Of a stretch of 27,512 nucleotides of DNA, positions 1 through 9,900 are shown piece by piece. Below the pieces are notes generated by a model, which ran no database searches, had not been told where the DNA came from, and saw only the letters and a list, made by a program, of their open reading frames with translations. Position 1 is the stretch's first letter, and each line of letters begins with the position of its first letter. The translations under genes were made by a program, and so were the position numbers. This DNA is from a virus (lineage: Duplodnaviria > Caudoviricetes), in the IMG/VR virus record IMGVR_UViG_3300012952_000099, positions 1 to 27,512 of that record; one strand, given 5' to 3'.

Positions 1-2
1 CA

Positions 3-1919
3 AGTGTTGTTTCTGCAGAGGTTCAAGATATTGTTTCTCTCAACTCTATTTCTACTGTAAGTAAAGCAGTTACAAGTAATATACAGAAAGTCATTCCTAA
101 TGATGCTCTATCTAACATTAACTTCTTTGAGACTGCTGCATATCTTGATGTTGACTTTAATATTGGTGATTCTATTGCTTACATTCCAGACACCACTAAA
201 TTTGATCCAATGGGTTTACTTCTCATTGGTGATGAAGTAGTAAGATATGCTAGGAAACTTTCTGATAGATTTACCAATATCCTTAGAGCTCAAAGAGGAA
301 CTACTGAACAGGATTGGACTGCTGGTACTTTCTTAAGACAGATTCCAGAACTTGTATCTGTTGCTCCTGTTGGTGTTGTTCAGGTACAGTCTGAAAGTAA
401 TGTTTCAATGGTTGATATAGGACTCGTTGGTTCTGGATTTGAAAGACAAGTATTCAGACAAGTAACTACTCCTACTGATTTACAAATTACTAAAGAATCA
501 CTTGAAGTTGTTTTAACTCCACCACCAGGCGGTGTTGTTGACGGATATGCAGAAGAACTATTTTTGACAGATCCAGTTCCTATTAGAGCTGGTAATACAA
601 CTGGTGGACATGATGGTGAAGTTGATCTTATTGAAATTAATGGTGGTTATCATGTTGGTAAGAGAAATGCAACTGAAGTTCTTATCGTTAACTCAGTGTT
701 TGGAAGAACCACTGAATACATTGGACAGTATACTAAAACAAATGTAGGACACACCCTTAGTCATTTCCAAGGTATTTTTGATGATGGTACTGCTTCTGTA
801 TCTGGTTTATCACTTGCAGAACTAGATCTATACTTTGGATCTCTTACTATTAGAGACTTTGAAGAAAGAGGTAAATCTAGTTACACACTAGCAGGTGATA
901 AATTTGTGATGATGCCTCCATCAATCCAAAATCCTGTGACAACTTCACAATCCAGTGGTACTATTGGTGGTCCTATAGTTGTTGCTGATACAAATTATTT
1001 CCCTGACTCAGGATATCTTTTCCACAATACAGCTGGAGTTCCTTCTACTCAAGGTTATGCATGGACACAAAGTGCATATGGAACAGGTGTTCAGAATCTA
1101 GAAACCACTGCTGATAAAAAGTTTGGAGATAGATCTGTATTACTTAGTGAAACTGATGGTACTGTTGATGGTTCTAAATTAAATGCTCCTGGTGGAACTG
1201 ATTTGGGAGCAGGAGATTTCACAATTGAATTCTGGAATAAAAGGGTGAGAAGTACTCAGACTGGTGGTGACACTAGTGCAGGACTATTATTCTATGGACC
1301 TAATACAACATCAAATGTATCATGGAAGTATTCTTCTGGTGCTTTAGATTACTTCTTACCTGATTTTGGTTTCGCAATATGGATAACTTCTGTATGGTCA
1401 TTTAATTGTAACGTGACATTCTGGAATGGTGCAGATGATTCAATTACTAGTTTTGGTCAAGTTTCTGATATTAATTGGAATCACATTGCAATTGTTCGTA
1501 AGAGTGGAACAATTAAAGTATATTGGAATGGTATAGAGAAAGCATCTGCTGCTAATACTCAAGATTACAGTGTAGCTGGTGCAGCTGCTGCTGGCAATTT
1601 ATGGGGATCTGGAACTGCTTTATTTGGTATTGGTGATAGTAACTACTCTACTGGTTTAGACTGTTTCAATGGTTACATAGATGAAGTTCATATAAGCAAC
1701 GTTGCTAGGTATGAAGCTAATTTCACTCCACCTACCGCAAGGGTTCTTCCTGATAGTTACACTACATCATATGATAATTTTGATACTGCAGTTCCATCTA
1801 ACTCTGGTGTCATACAATACACTGGAAAAACAGCAACTTCATTTACTGGATGCTCACATTATAGAGGCAGTACCACGATTACTTCTGGATCTGAAATAAT
1901 TCCCTTTTCACCAGTATAA
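3..1919 (+). CDS. gp7: 3' part of a large baseplate wedge protein (probable gp7, baseplate wedge initiator), 5'-truncated by the window; contains a LamG/concanavalin A-like domain
   Basis: The frame is open from position 3 (agt gtt gtt tct gca...), upstream of the ORF-track Met at 210, so the gene starts outside the window. It lies directly upstream of gp8, the gp7 position in T4-like phages. LamG motifs are present: GDFTIEFW, WNHIAIVR, IKVYWNG, FNGYIDEVHISNVARY. The gp7 call rests mainly on synteny. Confidence 0.65.
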   Translation, partial: SVVSAEVQDIVSLNSISTVSKAVTSNIQKVIPNDALSNINFFETAAYLDVDFNIGDSIAYIPDTTKFDPMGLLLIGDEVVRYARKLSDRFTNILRAQRGTTEQDWTAGTFLRQIPELVSVAPVGVVQVQSESNVSMVDIGLVGSGFERQVFRQVTTPTDLQITKESLEVVLTPPPGGVVDGYAEELFLTDPVPIRAGNTTGGHDGEVDLIEINGGYHVGKRNATEVLIVNSVFGRTTEYIGQYTKTNVGHTLSHFQGIFDDGTASVSGLSLAELDLYFGSLTIRDFEERGKSSYTLAGDKFVMMPPSIQNPVTTSQSSGTIGGPIVVADTNYFPDSGYLFHNTAGVPSTQGYAWTQSAYGTGVQNLETTADKKFGDRSVLLSETDGTVDGSKLNAPGGTDLGAGDFTIEFWNKRVRSTQTGGDTSAGLLFYGPNTTSNVSWKYSSGALDYFLPDFGFAIWITSVWSFNCNVTFWNGADDSITSFGQVSDINWNHIAIVRKSGTIKVYWNGIEKASAANTQDYSVAGAAAAGNLWGSGTALFGIGDSNYSTGLDCFNGYIDEVHISNVARYEANFTPPTARVLPDSYTTSYDNFDTAVPSNSGVIQYTGKTATSFTGCSHYRGSTTITSGSEIIPFSPV

Positions 1920-1922
1920 ATA
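1915..1922 (+). promoter_or_regulatory. T4-type late promoter TATAAATA, copy 1 (overlaps the upstream stop codon)
   Basis: Exact gp55-sigma late consensus TATAAATA about 50 nt upstream of the gp8 ATG. Confidence 0.65.
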
Positions 1923-1927
1923 AACAA

Positions 1928-1935
1928 TATAAATA
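1928..1935 (+). promoter_or_regulatory. T4-type late promoter TATAAATA, copy 2
   Basis: Exact TATAAATA in the intergenic gap, 37 nt before the gp8 ATG at 1973. Confidence 0.8.
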
Positions 1936-1972
1936 ACTCAGGCACAAACTACAACGTCGGACAAATAAAACC

Positions 1973-3787
1973 ATGGCTGCTATCATTTCTGATAAGTTTC
2001 GTATATTTAACGCGAAACAATTCCTAGAATCCCTTACAGAAGGCGCGACTGATACGAGCGCGGAACGTTCTAGGATGTACTTCTTTGTGGGTAGACCGCA
2101 ACCATGGAGAGCATACTTAGAGGTTTACTCTAAAAACTCTACTGCTTTCGCAGTAGGTAATGAGGTGTATGTTGGAACGTATGGTTCCACTGCTTTCCGC
2201 GCCACAGTTGCTGCAGTTTATGATAGTGCCCTCCTTTTGACCGACGTTTTTGGCAGCAATGGCGTTAACTCTGCTCCTCCTCTTGGTTCTGATTTAAAAG
2301 GTAGAACAGGTGGATCTGGTGGTTCTGATACAGGTGCTACTGCAAAATCTGGCGTTTATCGTTATGCAACTGAGGATGTTCCTCCTCTTCCCCTTGACAA
2401 CCAAAGAGAAAAAATTGGTGTTTATGACGAACTGATCGCAGCTAAGCGTATTACTGATGCTTTTGCAAGAACAGTTATTCGTCGTTACAACTGGGATCTA
2501 GTTGCTAACCCCAAGTATGATATGTTTAAACCTGACTACTCTGCTACACCTGGTGGCGGTGGTCAAATTGGTAAACAAACTGCAACAGGTGCAAATACAA
2601 TTGCAGATGCTAAGTTCTATGTGATGAACTCTTCATACGAAGTATTCAAGTGTCTTTACAATGGTGAAGATCCTTCTAACACAACTGGTCAGAACGCAAC
2701 TGAAGAACCATCTACAGCAGGTTCTAACTATGCTTCTTCTACAGGTCTTTATACAGAAACAACTGGTGCCAAGTACATTTGGAAGTACATGTATACTATT
2801 CCTACTGATGATGTTCTTAAGTTCCTTTCATCAGACTTCCTACCAATCGTTCTTCCTGCTAACGCTTCTAGAACTGCAGTTGTAGCACAAGCTGTAGTGG
2901 GTGCATGTGATGTTGTTCTTATTGAAGACGCTGGAAGTGGACTTCCTGCATCACAAACTTTATATACTGGAATCAAAGGTGATGGAACTGGCGGTAAAGT
3001 TAAGTTTGTAACAAATGGTTCTGGTACAATTACATCTGCTGAGATTGAAGCTCGTGGATCAGGTTACACTTATGCTAATGTTTTATTAGGTAACGGCAAC
3101 TTGTTCTCTGATGCTGGTCTATCATCTGCTGTAACAACTGGTGCTTCTGCTGTTGGAGCTTTTGAAATTATACTACCTCCTGAAGGTGGACATGGTTCTG
3201 ACCATGAAACAGAATTAAATGGTAAGCGAGTTATGACTAACATTCGTCTTACATATTCAGAAGGATCTGGAGATTTCCCTGTAGACAACGACTTCCGTCG
3301 TATTGGTATTCTTGCTGATCCATTTAACTGGGGTACAACAACATTCTCAACTGCTGATACATTATCTGGATTAAAAGCAGTTAAAATTACAGGTGCTACT
3401 GCAGACTACTCTGTTGATGAGAAGATTACACAGACTGTAACAGGTGGTACTGCATATGGTACAGTTGTATCATGGACATTAGATAGTGGTTCTACAACTG
3501 CTGGTGTTCTTAAGTATATCCAAACAAATGACGCACACACAGATAGTGGTGTTGTAAGAGCATTTGAGTCTAATGGTTCTAATGCAATCACTGGAGAAGC
3601 TTCTACTGCATCTGGTACTGTAAATACATCTTATGGTTCTACATTATTAGGTGTCACTTTTGCAAGTGGTTTAGCAGCACCTGAAATTGAGAATAATTCT
3701 GGTGATCTTATATACGTTGAGAACAGAAGACTAATTACTCGTGCTCCTGACCAGATAGAAGATATTAAACTAGTTATTGAGTTCTAG
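1973..3787 (+). CDS. gp8: Baseplate wedge subunit gp8 (cyanophage-type, 604 aa)
   Basis: Recognisable cyanomyovirus gp8 motifs: MAAIISDKFRIFNAKQF, YFFVGRPQPW, IAAKRIT..VIRRYNW, FYVMNSSYEVFKCLYN, YIWKYMYTI, PEGGHG, DFPVDNDFRRIGI, and C-terminal YVENRRLITRAPDQIEDIKLVIEF. Confidence 0.9.
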   Translation: MAAIISDKFRIFNAKQFLESLTEGATDTSAERSRMYFFVGRPQPWRAYLEVYSKNSTAFAVGNEVYVGTYGSTAFRATVAAVYDSALLLTDVFGSNGVNSAPPLGSDLKGRTGGSGGSDTGATAKSGVYRYATEDVPPLPLDNQREKIGVYDELIAAKRITDAFARTVIRRYNWDLVANPKYDMFKPDYSATPGGGGQIGKQTATGANTIADAKFYVMNSSYEVFKCLYNGEDPSNTTGQNATEEPSTAGSNYASSTGLYTETTGAKYIWKYMYTIPTDDVLKFLSSDFLPIVLPANASRTAVVAQAVVGACDVVLIEDAGSGLPASQTLYTGIKGDGTGGKVKFVTNGSGTITSAEIEARGSGYTYANVLLGNGNLFSDAGLSSAVTTGASAVGAFEIILPPEGGHGSDHETELNGKRVMTNIRLTYSEGSGDFPVDNDFRRIGILADPFNWGTTTFSTADTLSGLKAVKITGATADYSVDEKITQTVTGGTAYGTVVSWTLDSGSTTAGVLKYIQTNDAHTDSGVVRAFESNGSNAITGEASTASGTVNTSYGSTLLGVTFASGLAAPEIENNSGDLIYVENRRLITRAPDQIEDIKLVIEF

Positions 3788-3947
3788 GCAATAATAGGTA
3801 GTTTCTTTCATGATCATCGTGGATGGGTGAGTGTTGCGAATCTACTTCCAGTTACTTTAATATAATTGAGGCAAGGTCAAAGACCCCTAGTGGGCATTCT
3901 ATGTCTAAAAATAATCCTTAATAAATTATCTTAGTTCCAAGTTCTAG
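3772..3947. repeat. Imperfect direct repeat of the gp8 3' end flanking a ~150-bp non-coding segment
   Basis: AGTTCTAG occurs at 3780-3787 (includes the gp8 stop) and at 3940-3947. Each copy is preceded 3-4 nt earlier by TAGTT (tagttattgagttctag versus tagttccaagttctag). Confidence 0.5.
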
Positions 3948-3954
3948 AAACTAC

Positions 3955-3962
3955 GCTAAATA
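3955..3962 (+). promoter_or_regulatory. Late promoter variant GCTAAATA
   Basis: CTAAATA variant of the T4 late -10 box, 36 nt before the ATG at 3999. The same variant occurs at the same spacing before the 3505-aa gene. Confidence 0.65.
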
Positions 3963-3998
3963 ATATGACGAGAATACTAGTATTATTGGCGAAATAAG

Positions 3999-6900
3999 AT
4001 GCCACAGAAGACCAACCTAAATGTTAATCCTTATTATGAGGACTTTGACGCAAGTAAGAATTTTTATAAGATTCTATTCCGTCCTGGTTACTCTATTCAA
4101 AGTAGGGAATTAACGCAAGTACAATCAATTCTTCAAAATCAATTGGAGAGTTTTGGAAAGTATGCATTCAAGCAAGGTGAGCTTGTAATTCCTGGTGAAG
4201 TAGGTCTTAATACAAAATTAGATTACGTTAAATTATCATCTGTTTCTGAGGTTGCTATTTCTGAAGGAGATGATATTGTTTATAAGAAATATGATATTAG
4301 TCAATTAGTAGGACAACAGGTACAAGGTCTTACTTCTGGTGTTGTAGCAACCATCTTGTCAACAAAGTTAGCAACTGAGTCTTCTGCTGATACTTTATTT
4401 GTAAATTATATTAATAGTGGTAATTCTAATACTGAGTCTACTTTTAGACAAGGTGAGACTCTAGAAGTTGTTGATGGTGTTAATACCCCTTTACTTGTAG
4501 TTGGAACTGATGGAAGCGTACTTCCTACCAGTATTCAAATAACTAATCCTGATACAGGTGAAGTAACATCATTAGAAAGTTCTGCTATGGGATTTGGTTC
4601 TGCTGTTAAAGTAGAAGAAGGTATTTACTTTGTTAATGGTTATTTTGTTCGTAATGATGAAGCATTACTTATCATTGATGAATATTATGATAAACCATCT
4701 GCAAAGGTTGGTTTTACAATCAAAGAAGAGATTGTAACACCAGAAGAAGAAGCAAGTTTATATGATAATTCTATTGGATCTGCAAATTATACTGCACCTG
4801 GTGCACATAGATTAAAAATTAGTTTAGAGTTAAAAGAGTTTGCTCTTAATGCAATTACTGATAAGAACTTTATTCAATTACTTACAGTTTCAAAAGGACA
4901 AGTACAAAGTAAAATTTCTTCTACAGACTTTAGTGTATTAGAACAAACATTAGCTCGTAGGACATTTGATGAGTCTGGTGATTATGTTGTTGACAATTTT
5001 TCTGTAGACGTTAGAGAATTTGCACAAAAAGATGGTAATAGAGGTATCTTTGGTGTTGATGAATTTGGTTTATATAACGGAAAGAGTGCTACTGAAGCAG
5101 CAAGAAAAATGATTGCCAGCATAGGTCCTGGTAAAGCATACATTAAAGGTTATGAAATAGTTAATAAAGAAACTAAGTACCTTGAAATTAATAAAGCAAG
5201 AGAAAGTCTTTCTAGTGATAATGTAAACCTAAAAAGCAAAGGTCTCCCAACATATAGTATTACTAATGTATATGGTAGTGTTCCTTTGAATAAAGAAGGA
5301 TCAGAACTAACAGCTTATCCTGATGTATTTTTATATTCTACATTTAATGATGGATCTATTGGTCTAAACAATACAGAATTATCAACTGATCATAGACAAA
5401 CTATTGATAGAAGAGGTAAGATTTTTAATACTGATGATGGTATTAAAACTATTACTCTACAAATTACTAATACTACAACTTTAATTGGTGCAGTAACAGA
5501 TTCTACATTCCAAACTCAGTTTGGTGAATTGTTCTATATTAAAACTAGAAGTGATGGTGGATCACCAACTGCAATCAGTTCATTTAAAACTTTATCATTT
5601 GCAACATCAAACAAACCACTAATAAACTCATCTGAATCTGTACAGTTTTTAGAATTGACAGTGTATGGTAATAAAAATGAATTAGAATTACTCGCAATAG
5701 AGTATGATCTTTCCGATTCAGAATATAAGAGAAAAATTTACTTAACAGAAGCTGATGCATCAGCAAATAATAATGAGTTTGGATTTGTTGTAGACTACTC
5801 AGATATTATTACTCCCATCATTGGAAAAACAAAACCAAGTAATTTATTTTTACAAAGTAGAGGATCTGGATTTAACTCAGATTCTGATATTGTTTTATCT
5901 AAAGGTCGTTTAGAAGCAGGAACCTCTGCATATAATACTACATTCGGTTATTCTTATTTTGATCCACAGTTTTTTACTAAAATTATTTTAGAAAGTATTC
6001 CTGCAGGTGCTAATTCATTTGATGAAGGTAAATATGTATTTGGTCTTAATAGTAACGCATATGGTGTTGTAGAAGGATCTGCAGCTGGTGTTTACAGTAC
6101 AGGAAGGATTCTGTTTGTTAAAACTTTATCTGGTAAATTTATATCTGGTGAAACAATTAGAGATGAAGATGGTAATACTGTAAAAATTGCAAAAGATAAT
6201 ACAATCTCACATTTTGTAGTTCAAAATAGAGGTTTGGGATATGCTGATGGAGTATCTCTATTAATAAATGGTCTTGAGTTTGATGCGTCAAAAATTGCTT
6301 TGGGTAAAACTATTGCAGGTAACATTTATAATGCAACTATCATTAATAGAAAAGCGGTAAATGTTGAATATGCTCAACCTCCTGCTATTACTGTAAAAAA
6401 TCCTGATGGTGCATCTGCTCCTAGTTCGGCAGCTGCTGTTGTGCCTGTTTTATTCAGAAATACAGTCACAACTTATACTCCACAGAATGTAAAATCAATT
6501 GGTTGTAATTATGGATCTGGAAACTCTAATTCTTTTTCTGCTGATGTTGTTGTAGATAGTCAAACTTTTTCTGAAATCAAGGCAGTCACTAACTATACAT
6601 TCTTTGGATCTAAAGGATCAAACTTTATTGAATCTACTAGTTTTAGTGCAGATGCATCTGTTGTTTTACAACAAGGAGATCTTGTACAGTTTTCTGATGA
6701 TAGTAATAATTTAGTCCGTGCTATTGTACAATACGCAACAAAACAAGAAGGGTCTTCTAAGTCTAGAGTTTATCTAGATACAGCTTTACCTGGCAATGTT
6801 ACAAACACAAGTATTGTAAGATTACGTCCAAAAGTAAGTAATACTAACTCTGGTACATTACTATTCCCAACTGGTAGTAAGCAAGTATCTCAAATTTCTT

Positions 6901-9900
6901 CTGGTGGAGATGATACTAAGATTAAGTATTACTTCCGTAGAGATTTTGTAACTACTGCATCTTCTGGTGGTGGTACAATTACATTTGCTGCACAATTACC
7001 ATTCGGTACACAAAGATTTGCAGCTTTTAGTGAGAGCAACTTTATTATAACTGTATTAGATCCTGGCGATGCACCTAATATTGTAAAAGGTGACATTGTT
7101 TATGTTTCTGACGATGCAGTAGAAATTTCATCCGCTACAGACACTGCTAGTGGTCTTACATCTGGTAGTATTAGTTTACAACTAGCATCAACATATTTTG
7201 GAACTATTCCTACTAACGGAACATTCCCTAAACTTAAATTAACTGCAACATTAGAAGTATCTAATGCAAAACCAAGACTTAAGACTGCAGTTAAGAATAA
7301 AAGGATTGTTGTTGCCTCTGCTGGTGATCGTATAGTTCCATTTAGAGGAGTTGATTATGATACTGAAGTTGTAGAAACTCTATCATATTCTGATGCTTTT
7401 AAATTAAAATACATTTATGAGGGAACTTCTTCTCAAGCACCTAATGTAGATTCTGCAGGTAACTTGATTTCTGGAACTGATGTCACTGCTAGATATTCAT
7501 TTGACAATGGTCAGAGAGATACATTATATGATGTTTCTAGAATTGTTCTAAAACCAGGATTTGAACCTGCAGTTGGACAACTACTAATTGCATTTGATTA
7601 CTTTGAACAATCTCAAGGAGACTTCTGTACTATTGACAGTTATCTACATGAGGCAGGTGTTCCAGAAGATGAGATTCCATCTTTCAACTCATCAGTTCAT
7701 GGAAATTTAGAACTTAAAAACGTAATTGATTTTAGACCTAAGGTAGATAGTAGTGCTATCATTCCTGGTTTTCTTAATATTGCATCTCTTGAAACTACTG
7801 TTGGATCTTTTGCTGGTTCTGGTGCTGTATTAGCAAGCACACCAGCTCCTGATTCAAACTTAGAATACACATTTTCATTCAGTCAAATTCAATACTTAGA
7901 TCGTATTGATGGTATCTTCTTAGATAAAAAAGGTCAATTTGTAGTTAAGGAAGGTAATTCATCTCTCAACCCATCTAAACCAGATCCTATTGACGATGCT
8001 GTACCTCTTTTCTATGCTTACATTCCTGCATTTACAAAAACAACCAAAGATGTAAGGATTACTCCTGTAGATAATCGTCGTTATACAATGCGTGACATTG
8101 GTAAATTAGAGAAACGTATTGAGAGATTAGAATACTACACCACACTTAGCATACTAGAACAGCAAGCACTTAACATGCAAGTTAAGGACGAGATTGGTCT
8201 TGATAGATTTAAGTCAGGATTCTTTGTAGATAATTTTGAAGCACATAAAGTTGGTAATTTACAATCTCTTGATTATAGATGTGCAGTGGACAGTCAACAA
8301 AGTGTCCTACGCCCTCAAGCAAAAGAAGATTCTGTAAATTTAGAAGAAGTAAATGTAAGAGAAGATCAAAGATCAGTATCTGGATATAAGAAATCAGGAC
8401 ACATGGTAACACTACCATATTCTCCATTATCTTTATTAGGAAATGATTTTGCATCAAAGACTTTAAATCCAAATCCATTTGTCGTACTGCAATATGTTGG
8501 TGATGGAGAAATTTCTCCATCTATTGATCATTGGTATGATCAAACAGAAGAACCACTTGTGGTAGATACAAATACTGATCTCTTTAATATTTTCCTAGCA
8601 AAAGAAAATGTAAAAGAAAGTTTTTCAAGTCTGTTTAATTCTTTTGTAGTTAACTGGGTTGGAACATCTACATCTTTCACTACAATTAATTCTTTAGGTC
8701 AAGTTAATACACAACAAGCTATAACTTCTGTTGCTAGTGCATCTGTAGCAAGTTCTTCTAATATTAGTCCTCAAAATAATGAAGTAGGAAAAGGAATTCA
8801 AACTAAGAGTGTTGGTGAAAGTTTAGTTTCAACTTCCTTAGCTTTCTTTGCTAGAAGTGTTCCTATAAAATATGTAATCAAGAGAATGAAACCTAATACG
8901 AAGATGTATGTTTTCTTAGAAGGAAGAGACATTGGTCGTTGGGTTAATCCTGATCTTAGATATACTGGTATTGCTGGAAATTCACTATCAGCATTTAATG
9001 GTGAAATTACTACCGATGAATATGGTAACGCTAGTGGATTGATTGTTGTTCCTGCTGGTCTACCACCATCTGAAAATGCAACTTGGACTGGTGATGTAGA
9101 TACTTTACCATATGATACTTCTGCTGAAGAGGTATCAATAACTTCTGGTATATTGACATTTAGATTTACATCTAGTGCTACTAATGCAGCAAAAGAAGAA
9201 GTTGATAGTTATACAGAAGTTAAGTACTATGCTACTGGTATTCTTCCAGAAAATCCTTCTAGTATCATATCTACAAAACCATCTTACTTTAAATCTAATG
9301 AAGGTATTCAGTTAATTGAAAGTAACACTGATAATCCTATAAGACCTAATCCTCTTGCACAAACATTTAAAGTAGAAAACTTAGATGGTGGATGTTTTGT
9401 AACTGGTGTTGATATTTTCTTTAGTAAGAAGAGCACTAACATTCCTGTTAAAACATACATTACAAATGTAGATGCTGAAAAACCAGCAAAAAATATTGTA
9501 CCTGGTAGTGAAAAAACATTAACACCAAATACATTCCTTAAGTGTTTTGCTAGTGGCAACATGTCAGTTCTTAAGGGAGAGAGTGTAACTGGTGCATCTT
9601 CATCTGCCTCTGGTCCTATCCTTAAAATTTTTGATAAGAACAATGTAGAATTAGTAGCTACTGCATCTGGTAGATATAGTCTTACAAATGAACAAGTATA
9701 TACTGTTGTTCTTAATAATCACAATGGTAAATCTTTCGTAGAAAATGAAGACTTAATTATTCCGTCTGTTACAGAAGCAAATGCATTGAATAATACTGAT
9801 CTTGTTCTTGCCATTGCAAAAGATAGTGGTAAAGTTTCTAGAATGAGAATTACCAATACTGGTCAGAATTATGACAGTGCGATTCTAACAATAGAAAGTC

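Noticed and set aside
210-212. ATG at 210 as the start of the first gene
   Set aside because: The frame is open back to position 3 with the same codon style, so this is most likely an internal Met.
3785-3865. Possible TAG read-through extending gp8 by 25 aa, or amber recoding
   Set aside because: gp8 ends at its conserved KLVIEF terminus. A 25-codon open stretch is plausible by chance, and no long gene in the window is broken by in-frame TAG.
3823-3921. 32-aa ORF MGECCESTSSYFNIIEARSKTPSGHSMSKNNP in the gp8-VrlC gap
   Set aside because: It is short, has atypical codon usage and no recognisable motif. It cannot be excluded but is not supportable as a gene.
3788-3939. Group I intron, tRNA or IS/MITE in the intergenic segment
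   Set aside because: It lies outside a CDS and is short for a group I core. I could not find P7 consensus elements, a cloverleaf, or terminal inverted repeats just inside the direct repeats.
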